A stretch of DNA of 64,000 bases from Bilabrum cf. latius (lineage: Eukaryota), in assembly GCA_965178125.1 (NCBI GenBank), contig OZ237740.1:1240001-1304000 (forward strand). Reading direction: 5' to 3'. Every line of letters begins with the position of its first letter. Position 1 is the stretch's first letter. Below are positions 47,991 to 61,800 of this stretch, piece after piece. The notes beneath the pieces are model-generated. The model made no database searches. It had not been told where the DNA came from and saw nothing but the letters and a program-made list of their open reading frames with translations. Both the position numbers and the translations under genes were made by a program.

Positions 47991-50971
47991 TCAAGACGCG
48001 TCGCCCTGCATCTTCCACTCCGAGCCGATTCCTCTCGAATTGATGGCACCGCTGGTCATGCCCCACTCGAGTCCGTCAGACGCGAGAGGCCCCCTCTCCG
48101 CCGCATCGTGCTGCAGCAAGCTGGCCGTCAAACCGGCTCCCGCCCCGTCCCCAGCCCCACTTCCGAACAGATCCATCCCATTGTGCTAACGCCTCGCCTC
48201 CGCGCCGGCCTCGCCTTCCTTCGACTTGGTGCCCGCCGGCTTTTTCAGTGCCCCCAGGAGCAATCCCACCACCTCCCTCTGCAGGTTGGACAGCGGAGCC
48301 TCCACCAGCACGTGCGCCACCAGAGCGACCGCGTGCACGCCCATCCAGACCGCGAGGAACCACGCCGCCACGGTCAGCACGTCGTAGTGCAGCAGGGCGG
48401 GCTGGTTGAAGAACAGCGTCAGGATGATGGGGTAGTGAAGCATGTACACGCAGTAGGTCAGGTTACTCATCACCTCCAGCACGGGCAACGACATCAAAGA
48501 GGCCACCAGCCCGTCCGGGTCCAGGAAGCACGCCGCGCAAAACACCGCCAGCGCGACGGCGAAGAGAGTCTTGGACCAGGCCACGTACAGGGTCATGACA
48601 CCGGTGCCCCACTGTGACACGTATGCGCCCGTCTAGTTGGCTACCGGGACGTGCCGGCTCTGCAGGCCACCCCCGGGAGCGTTGGACTTCAAGGATGGCG
48701 GCGACTGCGTCACACTGCTTTGACCCTCAAAGCCAGGCTGCTCAATAGAGTAGCCAAGCTCGCGTGAGTCCACGGGCAGCGCCAGCACCGATGCAGCCCC
48801 GTAGGTAGGCCCCTGCAGTGATACCTCGCGCACGCTGATTAGATACTCGCTGCTGTTCCACGCGCCCACTGGTGCGTCGCTGGACACGGAAATAGCCTCG
48901 CCGTGCGCCGGCCCTAAACTCCCTAGCCGCGCAGCGTCGGCCACCGTAGAGTTCCGGAGCATTCTCATGTCAACCGGGGCGGGGTATACGCCCACAGGGG
49001 CCATGTACAGCCATACAATGCACACAACGGCAGCGATTTGCAGCAGGAGAGCCACCATCCGCCTGTGAGTGATGGCTCCGGCGGCCCTCGCCGCGTCCCT
49101 TGCCTTGCCCAGGAGCGCCTCGGCCATGGCGTGCCCCTGCCCCGTGGTGTAGGCGATCCCCATGACCACGCCGACGATGTAGGCGGGAGCCCGCATCCAG
49201 GGCTTGCTGTAGTAGAGGTCCGACTGGTCGCCCCTGGACGGCGAGTGCCCGCCGTCCTGCTCTGGAGGCACCGGGGGTGCGAACGGGAACGGGGAAAGGT
49301 TGTCCCGCTTCACCACGATCGTGGCCGCGATCTGCGATGCAATCAGCAGTACCAGGCAATACGCGTAGGACGCCCACGTCCTGGCGCCGCTGCCCGAAGC
49401 ATCTCTCGGGAGTGTCGCGAGCAGCACGGCGACAGGCAGGACTGTGAGCAGGAAGAGCTGCACGTCGTTGGCGAGGTACCAGCCCCAGCCGATGCACTCC
49501 CTGTTGAAGTTGTTGTGGTAGGGCACGAAGTTGTTGACGAACAGCAGGTTGGTCCACCAGTAGTCCAGGCAGGGATTCCCTTTCTTGCCGACCACGCCGT
49601 GCGAGGGCAATGACCCGGGCAGCATGCCGAACGACGAGTGCCAGCCAAGCAGAGGCATGATGAACGCCCCGGCGAGGATAGTCAGCCCGATGATGGGGAT
49701 CAGCCGGAAGCAACGGTTGAAGAACGCGACAACCGCCGCACCGAGGGCGGGTGCGATGCCGATCGGTGCTGTCTTGTTGGTGCCGGAGCCGGAGCCGGAG
49801 CCAGAGCCAGAGCCAGACGCACCATTCGTGGCTCCTGCTCGGCTCTTCAGGGGATTTTTGCTGCCGCTGCTAGTTGACTTAGGCAAGCTCGACTGGCCCA
49901 TCTTTTTGGCAAGAATGTGGACGCCTAGGAAGCCAGACATCATAAAGAAGGCATCCACGGCGAATTCGGCCTGCTGGATGACCTGAAAGGCCGGTTTGGC
50001 CGCGGCTCCACCCGGAGGCTGCAGCTCCTGAAAGTTTGTCATGCCGCGGACAAGCATGTTGAGCGCCGTGTGACCGAGCACCACGAGGCCAATGCTGATG
50101 ACCCTCACGCCATTGAGAGCGGCCAGGGGACCCCCGCGGAGGCCGCCAGCGCCGCACGCCGTCGAGAGGTTGGTGGCCAGGTCCAGTGCCTGGCACGCCC
50201 GGGCGACGCAGGACTTGTCACCATCTTCCGGCTTGGAGTGCCTGCCAGTATTACTTCGGGGGAATTTAGCCACCTGGTCATCTCCAGGGGTGGGAGCTGG
50301 CTCGCATCGCCCATCCTCAAGCGCTGCCGCATCGCTGTCAACATTTGCGGCGGTCGTGCCGACAGCTGCAGACCCAGCTGCCGGGTAGGGTGCACGTGCT
50401 GCACCGCACCAATTCGAAACCCTCCTGTAGATCGAGGCGAATACCCCAACAAGCAGAAGGGCACCAAGGGTACTTATGGTGGCAATAGAGCCCCGCAAAA
50501 CGTGCTTTTCAAGGCCCTTGCCATCGTACAGGGAAGATACCGCCGATCCGCAGGAGACGGTGGCCTCCTTGAAGTCCGGCCCTACGAGTGCAAGGAATTG
50601 GACGGCTTCGAGTGCAAACTGGTCGATTTTAGTCGCGTTGTTTGCAAAATCGGCGGCCACGCAGCCGCTTGGCACGCAAAGCCCAAACTTAACACCGCTC
50701 GTGTCCACACTGCAGTGTGTACCGATCCGTGATGCACCGCTCGATGACCCCATGCACAAATCATAGTCTCCCAAATCCCATAAGCGCCTACCGCTCGCAG
50801 TGGATAGGTAATAGAACGTTTCGAGACCGCCCTGCAGCGAGGAACTGTCGAGGAAATGCGCAAGATGCAACTTTGCGGCGAAGCAGTGTGGCTATTCCAA
50901 GGAGAGTTAACACCTACAAGAGAAGCCAAAGGTCTTACGGGTTCCAAAATGCTAGGAATATAGCAGCTCAT
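47991..50971 (-). CDS. NRF-6 / acyltransferase-3 family multi-pass membrane O-acyltransferase (putative intron 50832-50938; true start uncertain)
   Basis: NRF-like N-terminus ASGRRLWDLGDYDLC...FGLCVPSGC. AT3 motifs LNGVRVISIGLVVLGH, AVDAFFMMSGFL, RCFRL, CLDYWWTNLLFVNNF, CIGWGWYLANDVQLF, YYSKPWMRAPAYIVG, SNLTYCVYMLHYP, LVEAP. TAG at 48633 and 48186 is read through to TGA 47991-47993. The short first exon is inferred from a GTAAGA...CTGCAG phase-0 intron. Confidence 0.85.
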
Positions 50972-51269
50972 GATTCTTGCTTTGGCACCAAGTGTGGATC
51001 GACGGGCGTGCACCGCTGGCGGCCTACCCGCTCCGAATCTCCGAGTCGCACCAATGTGTTGTGGAGTGTGCGTGATGCCATTCTACTCATACAAATTGAT
51101 GTCATGCAAATTGATTGTTCAGCAAACTCTCATACATTTGCCATGGTGGCACGCCGACATGCACGACAACAACAGTGCCACAGTGTGCATGACCCAATGC
51201 CGGCAACGTCGAGAAGATCGAGTCGCCGGCCGCAGAGTCTGCAGTGCCCCTTGTACTAGCAAGAAGCAA

Positions 51270-54200
51270 TCAAAGCGGCTCACCAGCCCCCGAATCGGAG
51301 TGCAGCAGCCTACGCAGCGTGTCTTCGAAATCTCCCATCGATTCGTCCCCGGCTGCAGCAGCCCCCTTCCCGTCCAGTGGCAGGCCCCCCCGGGCGGCCC
51401 CGGGCCCTGACCCAACCCCTTGGGATACCTCTCCCAGGGACTCCCGCTCCCCCAAACCCCGAGACAAGGCCCGTCCGCCGCCACCGTCTCTTCCTGCAGC
51501 ATGAGACGAACCCGCGCGGGGTGTGCCTCCCCTCCCTCTACCGCTCCCAGGCCCAGGGCTGCCAGTCCGTCGACCCGGCAAGGCCGCCCCGCGCACCCCG
51601 CTGCGAGCACGCACACGGCTACGACTGCGGCTTGCGCTGCGGACCCCACCGGGCACACCTCCCGGCAGCTTGCCCCCAGCCGCAGCCGCAGATGCAGCCG
51701 CGCCGATCGGCAGGCCACCGGTAGGAGCGAAGTTGCGCGCCGCTCCCGCGTGCAGAGCCACCGCGTCTACTGATGGAGACAGCGATCCGCCGCGAGGCAG
51801 CGGCCGCAGGCTTCGCGTGGAGGTGTCGTACTTCCAGAAGGCGGCGAACCACGCCTGCGAGGCCTCTGCGTCCCCCGCCGGGTCGCCGCCCTCGCCGCCA
51901 CCGTAGGCTGCCTTGAGCCGGTCGGGCACGGCCAGAGACGGCGGGCCCCTCCCCAGGATGCGCTGCGACAGCCCTAGACGATGATCGGCAGCGTACAGAG
52001 CCCTGAATCGCCTGCTTTCGGGGCTCTGCGTCAGCACTACAAACGAGAGGGGCTGCTGCAGCGCCTCCCGCCCGGACTCGCGCAGGGCGGCCGAAATGTC
52101 CTCTGCCGCCAGCTCTGCGGCTCGCATGGCCCCCTCCGCGAGCTTGGCTTCTGTGGCGCCTTTGGGGCCGCTCATGCACACGGCGCGCAGAGAGGACAGC
52201 ACCCGGCGCGCGTTGCTCGCGTTGGCAGACGCAGCCAGCCTCGGCCTTCCCCCAGAGTCGATTGAAGAAGTGTTCGGCCCCGCCGCAGATTGGGCGAGAG
52301 AGGCAGCCTCCTGCTCGGCCTCTTTGAGCGCCTGCCGCAGCAGCTCTCGAGCCTCGCCCTCGTCACGGTGCTGGCGGGACCTAGACTGCGCCCGCCGCGC
52401 GGACCACTTGCCCACGCGACCTGCGGGCGGAGGTGCCGCCCCGCTGCCCGTCGGGACCACCACCAGCGCGCCCCCAGTGGCCACTGGCTCGTCTTCGGTA
52501 ACAGGCGCTTTGCTTTTTGGGGTACTTGGGCCCTGCGACCCGTTTCCTTCGTTTCTTCGAGCGGGAGCAGTCACGCCGCTTCCATCACCGGCGGCCCGTT
52601 CTTCAGGTACAGGCGCGTGAGTAGCGCCTCCGGCTCGCTCTCCGTGTGGCGTGCGCGGCCGAGCCGACTTCCACGCCTCTTCCATTCTGCCCTTTCTGGC
52701 CTGGTCCCGCTTGCGCAGGCGGGCCAGCACGAGCTGCTGCTTCCTGGCCTGGTCCTCGCTCGTCTCGAGGACCATGACCACGTCCCCCTTCTTGGCCCTC
52801 GGTGATGGGGATGGGCCGGCGAAGGAGGGGACCATGACCACGTCTCCCTTCTTGGCCCTCGGTGATGGGGATGGGCCGGCGAAGGAGGGGGCAGGGGCAG
52901 GGGCAGGAGCAGGAGCAGCAGCGGCGGCTGGGTCTGCCTCCTGCTGCTTGCGCTCCTGGCCCATCGCGCGCTCCTGGTCATCGCCCCATCGGGAGCTTTC
53001 AAGTGCCTGCTTGTCGTGGCTCTGGCGGTCGTACCGGCCATGCCCCTGCACATGTCCGCTAGGAGTCGCGCGATGCTCGAAGGTAGCACCTCTAGGAAGC
53101 GAATCGACCAGGGGACGATCTCCACCATCGGAGCGGCCTAAACCCTATCCAAGTCCGGACTCGTGCTACCGATCGGAATCATCCCCACTACCTCGCGCTC
53201 GCTGGTCGTCCAGATAGCTGTCAGCCTCACGCAGCAACCGGAGCGCCTCCCCACGCCAATCCTCTGGGTCTATCTACTAGCTGCTCGGTGCACTGCCTCG
53301 GCCAGTCGCCGGCCACGGTGCCGCTCGCTGCGCTGGTACGTCGCGCGCTCGCCCCTGCAGCAGCTGCATTGCCATGGACCCAGCTTGCCGCCTCCTCTCG
53401 CCCTCCCTTGCGCTCGCCTCCCGCTCCAGCCGAGCGTACTGCTGCGAACCGTCCAGCAGAGCCCGGTGCACTTCTGGGGATGGAGGTGCCCGACGGCCCC
53501 ACCCCGCACCAGTGCCTGTGCCTGTGCCTGTGCCTGTGCCAGTGCCAGTGCCAGTGCCTGCACGCATCCGCCCCTCCACCCCAAGCAAGCCTGTGTCAGT
53601 GCCTGCACGCATCCGCCCCTCCACCCCAAGCAAGCCTGTGCCAGTGCCTGCACGCATCCGCCCCTCCACCCCAAGCAAGCCTGTGCCAGTGCCTGCACGC
53701 ATCCGCCCCTCCACCCCAAGCAAGCCAGTGCCAGTGCCTGCACGCATCCGCCCCTCCACCCCAAGCAAGCCTGTGTCAGTGCCTGCACGCATCCGCCCCT
53801 CCACCCCAAGCAAGCCAGTGCTGAATGTGCGGCTACCCGGGCTGTTCGCTGCAGATTGACTGCTTGCCTGCTGGCCCGCAGCTCGCCCCTCTGGTGAGTA
53901 AGCATCTGTGCTCGGCTAGGCTCGCCGCGGGGGAGAAGCGAACACCTCGTGCATGGCTGCCGCCGCAGTCGACATTGGTAGCCCGGATGAAAGGGGGCGG
54001 TCTGCAGATGCCCTGGCTGGTTCCACCTGGATGCCAACCGCGGGATCTTGTGTGCTACCTCTCGTCCGTTGGGCAAATCCACCGCGATGGTTTGCACCCA
54101 AACCCCCCGGTGGGTCTCCCTGCCACGGTGCAGTCTGAGACGCAGCTTCATGCCTGTCGCGCTGTGCTCGAGCACCGCGCTGGTGGTCGGCTGGAGGGCA

Positions 54201-55648
54201 AGGTGACTGTGCTGGTGGCTCTGCCGTTTGCTGCGATGCGCTCCCAGGCAGCTGCGGAGGCTGCACGTTCGCATCTGCGGCGGCACGGTCGCACGCTGAG
54301 CCCCTCCTCCGGATCTCGGCGCTTGCTACCATAGGCTGTGCATCGAGACCGCTGCCCTCCGGCTCGCTGCTCGACGCCATGCCCGAGCGTGCCCTCTAGA
54401 ATGGCTCGCCCGCTGCCCTGGCGGATGTCTCACCCAGTGAGTCTGGGCCTGTGTAATGACCAGAGCCGAATGCCCGTGCATCCGCAGGCTGCGGCTGGCT
54501 GGCCCTAGGCAAGGATGGCGGACTCTATGCCTCCGATTCATGGCCTTCTGCGTGTCGCCGCTGCGAGTCGGGTGCTGCCTTTGTCTGCGCATGCGCGTGC
54601 GCCTGCGAGGCAGAGGCACCAGCGGCCGGTGCAGCTGCCCTCTGCTGCCGCCTGATCACAGTGGCCTCAAACATGGGACCATCCTCCGCTCTCTCTCTTC
54701 CCCTAACCAGACCGTCGGATCCTACCATCAGGAGGCGCGCTGCCTCCCCCACAGCGTACACATCCACGCACTCCAGCCACAGCGACAAGGGACGGGACGA
54801 GGACGAGGAGACACCTGAGCCCGCAACCCCTCCTGCATCGGGCCTCCCATCACGCCCTGCGTCCGAGCCGATGGAGACCAGCTTGGCCCAGTCGTCCTCG
54901 TCCACAGAGGCATGGCTCGCCGCGTCTGTCCCGGTGAGAGCCCGCAGCCGGCCCACTGCAGCAGGGGGAAGCCCCCCCTTCGGCAGGGCGGGGCAGAACA
55001 GCCTGGGCCGTTCGGGGCGGGGGTGCGAGGGCGCAGGGAACAGAACGACGCAGCAGCGGGCTGAGCTTGAGGCAGGAGCTCCTGATCGCCCCAGCAGCAC
55101 CGCAGCCCGGAAGTGCCTCTGCCGGTGCCCAGCGAGGAACCGTAGCTCGGCGTCGAATATCTTGGCGGGGGGCCGAGTGCTCCCACCTGGTGACTGCAGA
55201 GGTACCGATTCCAGGAATCCTGGTGATGCGCATTGCACCCCTGCTATGGCCCGAAGCACTTTCCCGTACCTCCGGAGGCCAGCCAGTGCGTCAGCGCCAA
55301 TGCTGCACATGGATGGCTAGCCGGCGTGTGCCGGAAGCTAGCCCTCGGAGGCATCACGTGGCCCAATCGTTCCCGCTCTGAGCCGCTCCATTGTGATGAC
55401 AGGGACGTTCTTGGCTTGCTCGGCGGCTTTCATCATCGTCTGCGAGCAACGAAGTCTTAAAAATACATGACACTACAGTGCTACGAGCCTTTCAAACCCA
55501 AAACAGCAGTGTGACATCTTACTCTGGCCAGAGATGATGGATTTAGACTCCCATCGTACCGAAGGAAAGATACTGAGGCTTCAAAACAGCCAGCAATGGC
55601 CTCGTCGAGACCAAGTGCTCCCCCTGATGTCATCATGACGGCTGCCAT
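51270..55648 (-). CDS. Uncharacterised about 1430-aa Ala/Gly/Arg/Ser-rich protein (putative exons 55648-55523 and 55439-51270)
   Basis: ORFs 54525..55310, 53916..54380, 53277..53813 and 51270..53051 share one frame with only TAG between them; stop is TGA 51270-51272. A putative 83-nt intron 55440-55522 (GTAAGA...tcgCAG) links an upstream exon MAAVMMTSGGALGLDEAIAGCFEASVSFLRYDG. Confidence 0.68.
53510..53822 (-). repeat. Coding repeat: 45-nt unit x about 6 (LLGVEGRMRAGT(G/D)TG) plus an adjacent (GT)n dipeptide hexamer run
   Basis: cagtgcctgcacgcatccgcccctccaccccaagcaagcctgtg(t/c) recurs with period 45; (t/a)gtgcc hexamers at 53510-53557. Confidence 0.9.
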
Positions 55649-55853
55649 TCTCGACCACAACAGTGAGCTAGATGTGTTTCAGGTAGATATTATATTCATT
55701 GACTGGGCTCAATGAGTTTATCTTTCAGTCTATGCTGGATCTGCCGTCCGTTGGTCCGGATTATCAAATAGTAACGTGTGCAAATGAGCTTGCCAAACTC
55801 TGGTATATTTGTAGAGCAGTAGGCCGACTTCCATTTCGATCCTTATTGGCCTC
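55649..55853. promoter_or_regulatory. Probable short bidirectional promoter region
   Basis: About 205-nt, relatively AT-rich spacer between the divergent inferred start codons 55648(-) and 55854(+). No specific motif identified. Confidence 0.35.
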
Positions 55854-58800
55854 ATGGCCGCATCGAAAGACAAGTCGAATCTTCCAGATTCTTTTGTATC
55901 TGAACATGATGTCACTCTTGCACACGCTGCTGCCGTAACTCGCCTCACTAGGTTCGCACTGTATGCCTCACTCGGCGTGGGTTTAGGGGCTATCCTCGCG
56001 GCTTGCATGGGGGTATTGCTTGTGGGAGGCCAGCTAGCAGCCGCTGTCGGCCTTGTGGCATACCATGGGATCGCCGTTGTATATGCAGGGTACCGGTAAG
56101 TGCATGGCATCCGTGACAGAGCACTAGATGTGCTGCCGTGACTACTGTGTTGCTGTCAAATTGTGCACCGCCTCTCACGTTCATTCGCTGGATGCACGTG
56201 CGGTGATATTTATGCTCTGCTGAACCAGATTTGCGCCGCCCTAGGGCACGCGTGTCCTTTGGGGTATGTAAAATAGACTTATGCTCGTAACGGTACCTCG
56301 CTGCAGTTCTGCACATCGTGCGGCTGCACGACGTTTGATATGGATTTGGTTTGTTTGTAATGTATCGATTAGTTAGAAACTGGACTGATGTTGCCTGCTG
56401 CAGCTAGTAGGACGTGATTGAGGAAGGAAGTCCGCTGTTCTTGCTCGTCTGCCATTCGTTGGACACCAAGCTGAAGACCATCTCCTGATCGATCTTTTTC
56501 ATCTCCTTCCGCAGTCTCGTATTTTCATTTTCAACATTGCCTCATTTTCTGCACCGGGCAGCTGCACTTGGTGTAGAAGCAGTGGAGGACCTCAGTAGCA
56601 GTAGAAGCCCTGCCAAACGAGCAGAACAGCCGCAACTAGTCCAACCAAAGCCTGCCCTTGGCCAGCGAAGAGGTGTATCCTCCAAGTCAAAGCGCAATGC
56701 AAGAGGTCGAAACGGAAAATCTGCGGGGGTGGGTGGTCGATCCGCCAAAGCGGGCAACGGCCACACAAACACCAACCTTTCAGCAGATGCCTCAGCGGGA
56801 ACCACCAGCGAAATTCAGGCAGAATCTCTCAACTCAAGCACCCCACACATGTCAGTTGCAGATCGATTGGTGGCTTGGATCGACAACGCGCTGTGGATGG
56901 GCACAACGGGAGTGGCAGCGGGCTCGCCTCCGCGCGGAGGCAAGGAGAGCGAGCAGCCCTGGTGGTCGGGCACCCTGCTGAGCATGCCTCTCCTGATCCT
57001 GGGCTTTGCTGCCTGGCAGCTTCGCCTGTATGCCTTCCTGCCTCTGTTCCTCCCGGCGCTCTTCCTCACCCGCCTGCGGATGCTCATCGACGGGCCCTCC
57101 GCGCTCGGCAGGCTCAACGTGCCAGGCAAAGTTTCGCTCCTGGTTTTCTTCGTCTGGGTAGAAGTGGTGAGGCGCGCAGGTCACACTTGGCTCAAACAGC
57201 CGAACTCTGTGCTGGCCTTTCGTATGTCCTGGCATCCACGCTGCTCATCCGTGTCCCTTGTGCCTGACTTTTTGCTTGCTTCGAGCCTCGCAGGAAGCCC
57301 AATCGCTGGGTCTGCGGCCGTTGTGGTCCCTCTCGGCGTGGGCTGTGCTAGTGGATGTGCTGGCTACGTCACGCTGGCTCCTGCTGCTGCTTACGGTGCT
57401 GCTTCTTGCAGTGTACGCCCATGTCGATTCCGCACAGCGGGGCGCGCAGCGAGCCAGATCCAGCCTGTTGTCCCAGGCAGGCCTGTGCGCCATGGTGCTG
57501 GGCGCAGTGGAGGTCGCCCATGTCCCGCTCACTGGTTCAGATGGCCTCATCCACCTGCCTACCGTGTCTCCGCTCTCGTTTGCGCAAAATGGCGGTGGTG
57601 AGGGTGGCCTCTTCGACTTGCTTGGCGGGAGGGAAGGGATCGCAGGCGCGGGGTTCAACCTAGAAGCAGACGCGGCGCATGGATCGGTGGAGCATGCATG
57701 GGACAAGCCAGATGCATCATCTGAATCATCATTGGAAGGTTCACCCAGGAGCAAGGGCGGTCGAGCGGCAAACGAGGCTGACCTGCACCCTCGCATGCTC
57801 GGCTCGCTGCTGCTCCCTGCTACCTTCCAGGAGATTGTGACATCCACTGCGCAAGCGATCGGAAGCGTGGTGGAGGCGGGCACACCAGGCAAGGCCGTTG
57901 CTGCTGACAAGCCGCAGCAGGCCAAGCACGACCCATTCGCCTCTCTAGTGGGCCACCCGAAGGACCTGGCGGGCCTCGCGCAGGTGAGCGAGGAGGACGT
58001 GGAGTGGTACAGGGCTGCTGGGGGGCTGCAGGGCGTGCTGGGAGAGGAGGGTCGCAGGGAGATGATGATCGGAACCGCCCAGTTCTGGCTGCTGTGGAAC
58101 GTGATGAACCCGTAGCTGGAGCAGGACAGCAAGAGGCAGGTTCTCGTGGTAGAAACGATCGGGGGCGCTCCGGTTGAGGTGCCCCGAGCCGCGATCGGAG
58201 TTGAGCAAGCGGCAGCGACGCTCATCAAACTGTTCCATGCTGGGGATGCGGTGCTAGGAGCTGGCAGGCGCAGTAAAGACAGCACTGCGCTCGTGGTGGG
58301 CATGCCGAGGGAGGCGAGCGAGCAGCTGATCTAGTGGCTGCTCGTGTGGGAGGCCATCAATGGGCCCGCTAGAGACGTGCCCCAGTCGTTTCAGTCTAGC
58401 TTCGTCGCGGCATTAGAGCCGCACATCCTGTCAGCCGCAGCGGGGGGTCGATTCATCGCGAACGAGAGCGACATGTCGGAGGAGGATGCGGTGCGCCATT
58501 CGGTGATTGTGTCTCTGCGGGCGTTCATGCGGCAGAAACTGCGTGGCAGCAGCAAGGAGGGCCACGATGTGCTTCTGCAGCTGGCACTGGACAATAACAA
58601 CAGAGTCACCGCGCTGTTCCGGCCTGGTATTGTGCCTAGTGAGGTGCTGCAGGTAGTTGAGAGCGCAGATCGAGCCGTTGAGATGCAGCAGGAGCTTCCG
58701 CAGGGAGATGACCGCTGGGACAAGGTGGACGACCTGCTGGGCAAAGAGGACTTCAAGGTGCTGGAGAAAGCAGTCGTGCAGACGCTGCGGCCCATACACG

Positions 58801-61800
58801 AGGCTGCTCGGCAGGAGCTGTTCGAGCAGGAGGAAGGAATGCACGTCCACCTTGACCCAGAGACGCTCCGAACCATGCTGCGCATCACAAGCCGCATCCC
58901 CCACGAAGTCATCAAGGCCATCCTCCGGTTCCAAAGCGGGGGCGCAGTCCCGGATATGTGGAGGCCTCTCGATGCGCCCGTGGAGCTGGACATGCCAGCC
59001 GACTCGGCAGCCGGCCTTCCCGTCGCAGAAGCATTCCGCCGCGCCATTCTCCAGAACCTCGGCGTTGGCCACGCCGATATGGTCGGCGGGGTTGCTCTGC
59101 CTGGGCTGGAGGATCTAGGACTTTCCAGCGGGGCTGCCGCCGTCGCGCAGGACAGGCATGAGAGCAAGCCGCGGCGCAGGCGTCGCCGCCGCGAGCAGGC
59201 CAGTCCGCTAGACGGCAGGAGTCCTGGTTCTCAAGATGCGGGCTTGCCTGGTCGGAAGTGCGCTGACGCTCACTCTGGCCGCAACCGCACGGCTGAGGCC
59301 GAGCTGGCGGTGGCTGTGGTGCGTCTAGCTGAAGAGACAGAGACACTCGGGCGTCGGCGAGAGGATGAGCGGTTCGTTGGAGACGTACTGAAGCGCTTTG
59401 AGACTCCTTTCGACAGCACAGCCGACCAAATCGCTGAGGGCGGGGGTGTGGACAACACAGACGACCGCATGGGGTTCGAGGCGAGGATCGCCGTTGCTAA
59501 GCGGGATGCCATGGGCAGGGCACTGCGACACGTGTGGATCGAGACCGTGCGGGGAGACTCGATGGAGCCTAGCACCGGCAAGGTCGGAGATACCGTGGCG
59601 GCGGCCGTACCCCCGCGCCTGGCATTCGCGCGCACCTTGGCAGGCTCCCTTGGCCGCCTGCTCACGCTGCCCACTGCAAGCGCCGCCAGCGGTGGTGCCC
59701 CGGGAAAGAGCCGCAAGAAGATGTCGGCAGAGGAACAGGCAGCGGCCAAGCTGGACGCGGTGGTGGACGGAGTGGTGCGCTCCATGTCGGTGCACACTGG
59801 TAATTCCCTGAACGCTCTGGGGACCAGCGCAATGTCGTACGGCGCAGGTCCCGGGGCGGTGCCCGGCGCCCCGGGTGGCGACGGAAACAGGGGCGTCCCG
59901 GAGCCTGACCTGCAGGACTGCGCCAGCGGAGCCTCTACCCAGGCCATCGAGGACAGCCTAGACTTCGTGAGAGAGCTGATCGACGTTGAGGCCCGCGGGG
60001 AAGGCCGCGGGGGTCGGAGGCTCATGGACCTGCAGGGCAGTGAGATTGAGGCAGAGGCCGCGAGACTGCTCGAACGGGCAGTGGCAGAGGCGCAGAAACA
60101 ACGCGCGGCGCGGCGGGCTCGCGGGGACCCCCTTGACGACTGGGCCGACCCGATTCCAGTGGACAAGAGGCCGCCTGCCCCAGACTCGGAAGGGCGCGAT
60201 ACAGCCCGCAGGGCAGGGCAAAGCCCTGCCCCTGCTATTGCCGACACTGCCGAATCGCACGCCCCGACCAAGTCCCCTGGTCCCGTGCCGCGGCGCCGCC
60301 AGCCTGCGAAGCCGGTAGAGCATGAGGCGGACGGCAGTGTGAACCAAGGCGAACAGCCTGTGACGTCGGAGGATTCTGCCGGGGAGGAGGAGGGACTCGA
60401 AGAGTTTCAAGCCGTGGAGGAGCGTCTCAGCCGGTCGGACTCTGGTGGAAGGGCGGACAGATCTGGCGCAACCGCCTCGGCATCAAAGACTCGGACCAAG
60501 CTGGCTGACCCTGTCGTGGACAGCTCCTTGGCAGAGAGCTTCGACCGCCCCTTGGCCTGGAGCGACTAGGTGCTCATGGCAGTCATCCTGTCAGCGATCG
60601 CAGCGGCGTCCTTTACCGGCGGCCTAGCTGTACTGCTGCCGCAGGACTGGCTCCTGGGCCTGCCAACGGGCACAATGCGAGTGGTGGCGCTGGTGCGCGG
60701 GACCTTGTTAGGCACGGAGTCTGCGGATCTACTGCTGGATGCCATCCAGCTCGCGAAAGAGGAAGAGGAAGCTGCGAAGAAGACGGCCACCGGAGAGGGG
60801 GCCGATGAGGAGCAGGACAAGGATACGGACGGGAGCGGGGGGTGGGGAGCTGACATCGCGACTCCTAGCACCGGGACCAGGAGCCACGGGAAGGGCGGCA
60901 AGGGAGGCAAGGGCAAGGCGGGGCGGCGCCGGCGACACAACACAGGAGGTCGCAACCGCCTGCGGTCTGGCAGCGGCTGGAGCCATAGGAGCCGGTCTCA
61001 GAGTCGAGATGCCGACGTCGTCGACGCGTCTCCGCAAAAGGCAGCAAAGCCCGGACAGCAGGCGCACTCCCCTCCCGATCAGGGCGCAGCGCACCTCAAG
61101 AATGGAGTGGCGGCTGGACAGACCCGCCGGAACCGCGGGGGCTCTACCGCTCGGCCGGATGCCCTCCCAGGGGCTGGATCTGCACCTAAGGTTGGGTCTT
61201 CGCCTGCGCCGGCCGACGACGTGGTCGTCCTGCACGGCGATGGAGCGGCTGCCAAGCGCAGGGACGGGCGCGGCAACAGCGACGAGAGCGGCGATGCCGA
61301 AGCTCCAAGCACGCGCAACTCGCCGGGTGTGACCGAGTCTGCAGCGGTGCATGCATCCGAGGACTCCAAATCGAAGCGCAGACGCAACCGTAATCGGAAC
61401 CGCAAGTCAAGTGGCAGCACTGCAGTCAGTGGGGATGCGAGCCTGGCTCGAGAGCAGGCGGTGCAAGCTGAGGAGGCCCGGGACGACTCCCAGCGCCCCG
61501 TGCAGCAGCATGTGCAGGCCACACCCGAATCTGGTGGTCAGAAGCTTCGAGTGGAGCTGCCTCCCGCACACCAGACCAAGCCACCGGCACACACCACGCC
61601 GATCGCGACTCAGAGCCTGGAGTCCTCCTCTCCCATCGGCATGCGGCGCAGGGGTCAGCGGGAGGCTCGGTGGATGGCCACCCTGCAGCAGCTCGCAGAC
61701 GCTGCCATCAAGGCAGGCATGGACCCGGCTGCTCCACCGCCCGAGATCAACGTGAACCCTGCAACCAACGAGCTGGAGCCTGACATCCCAACCTCGCTGC

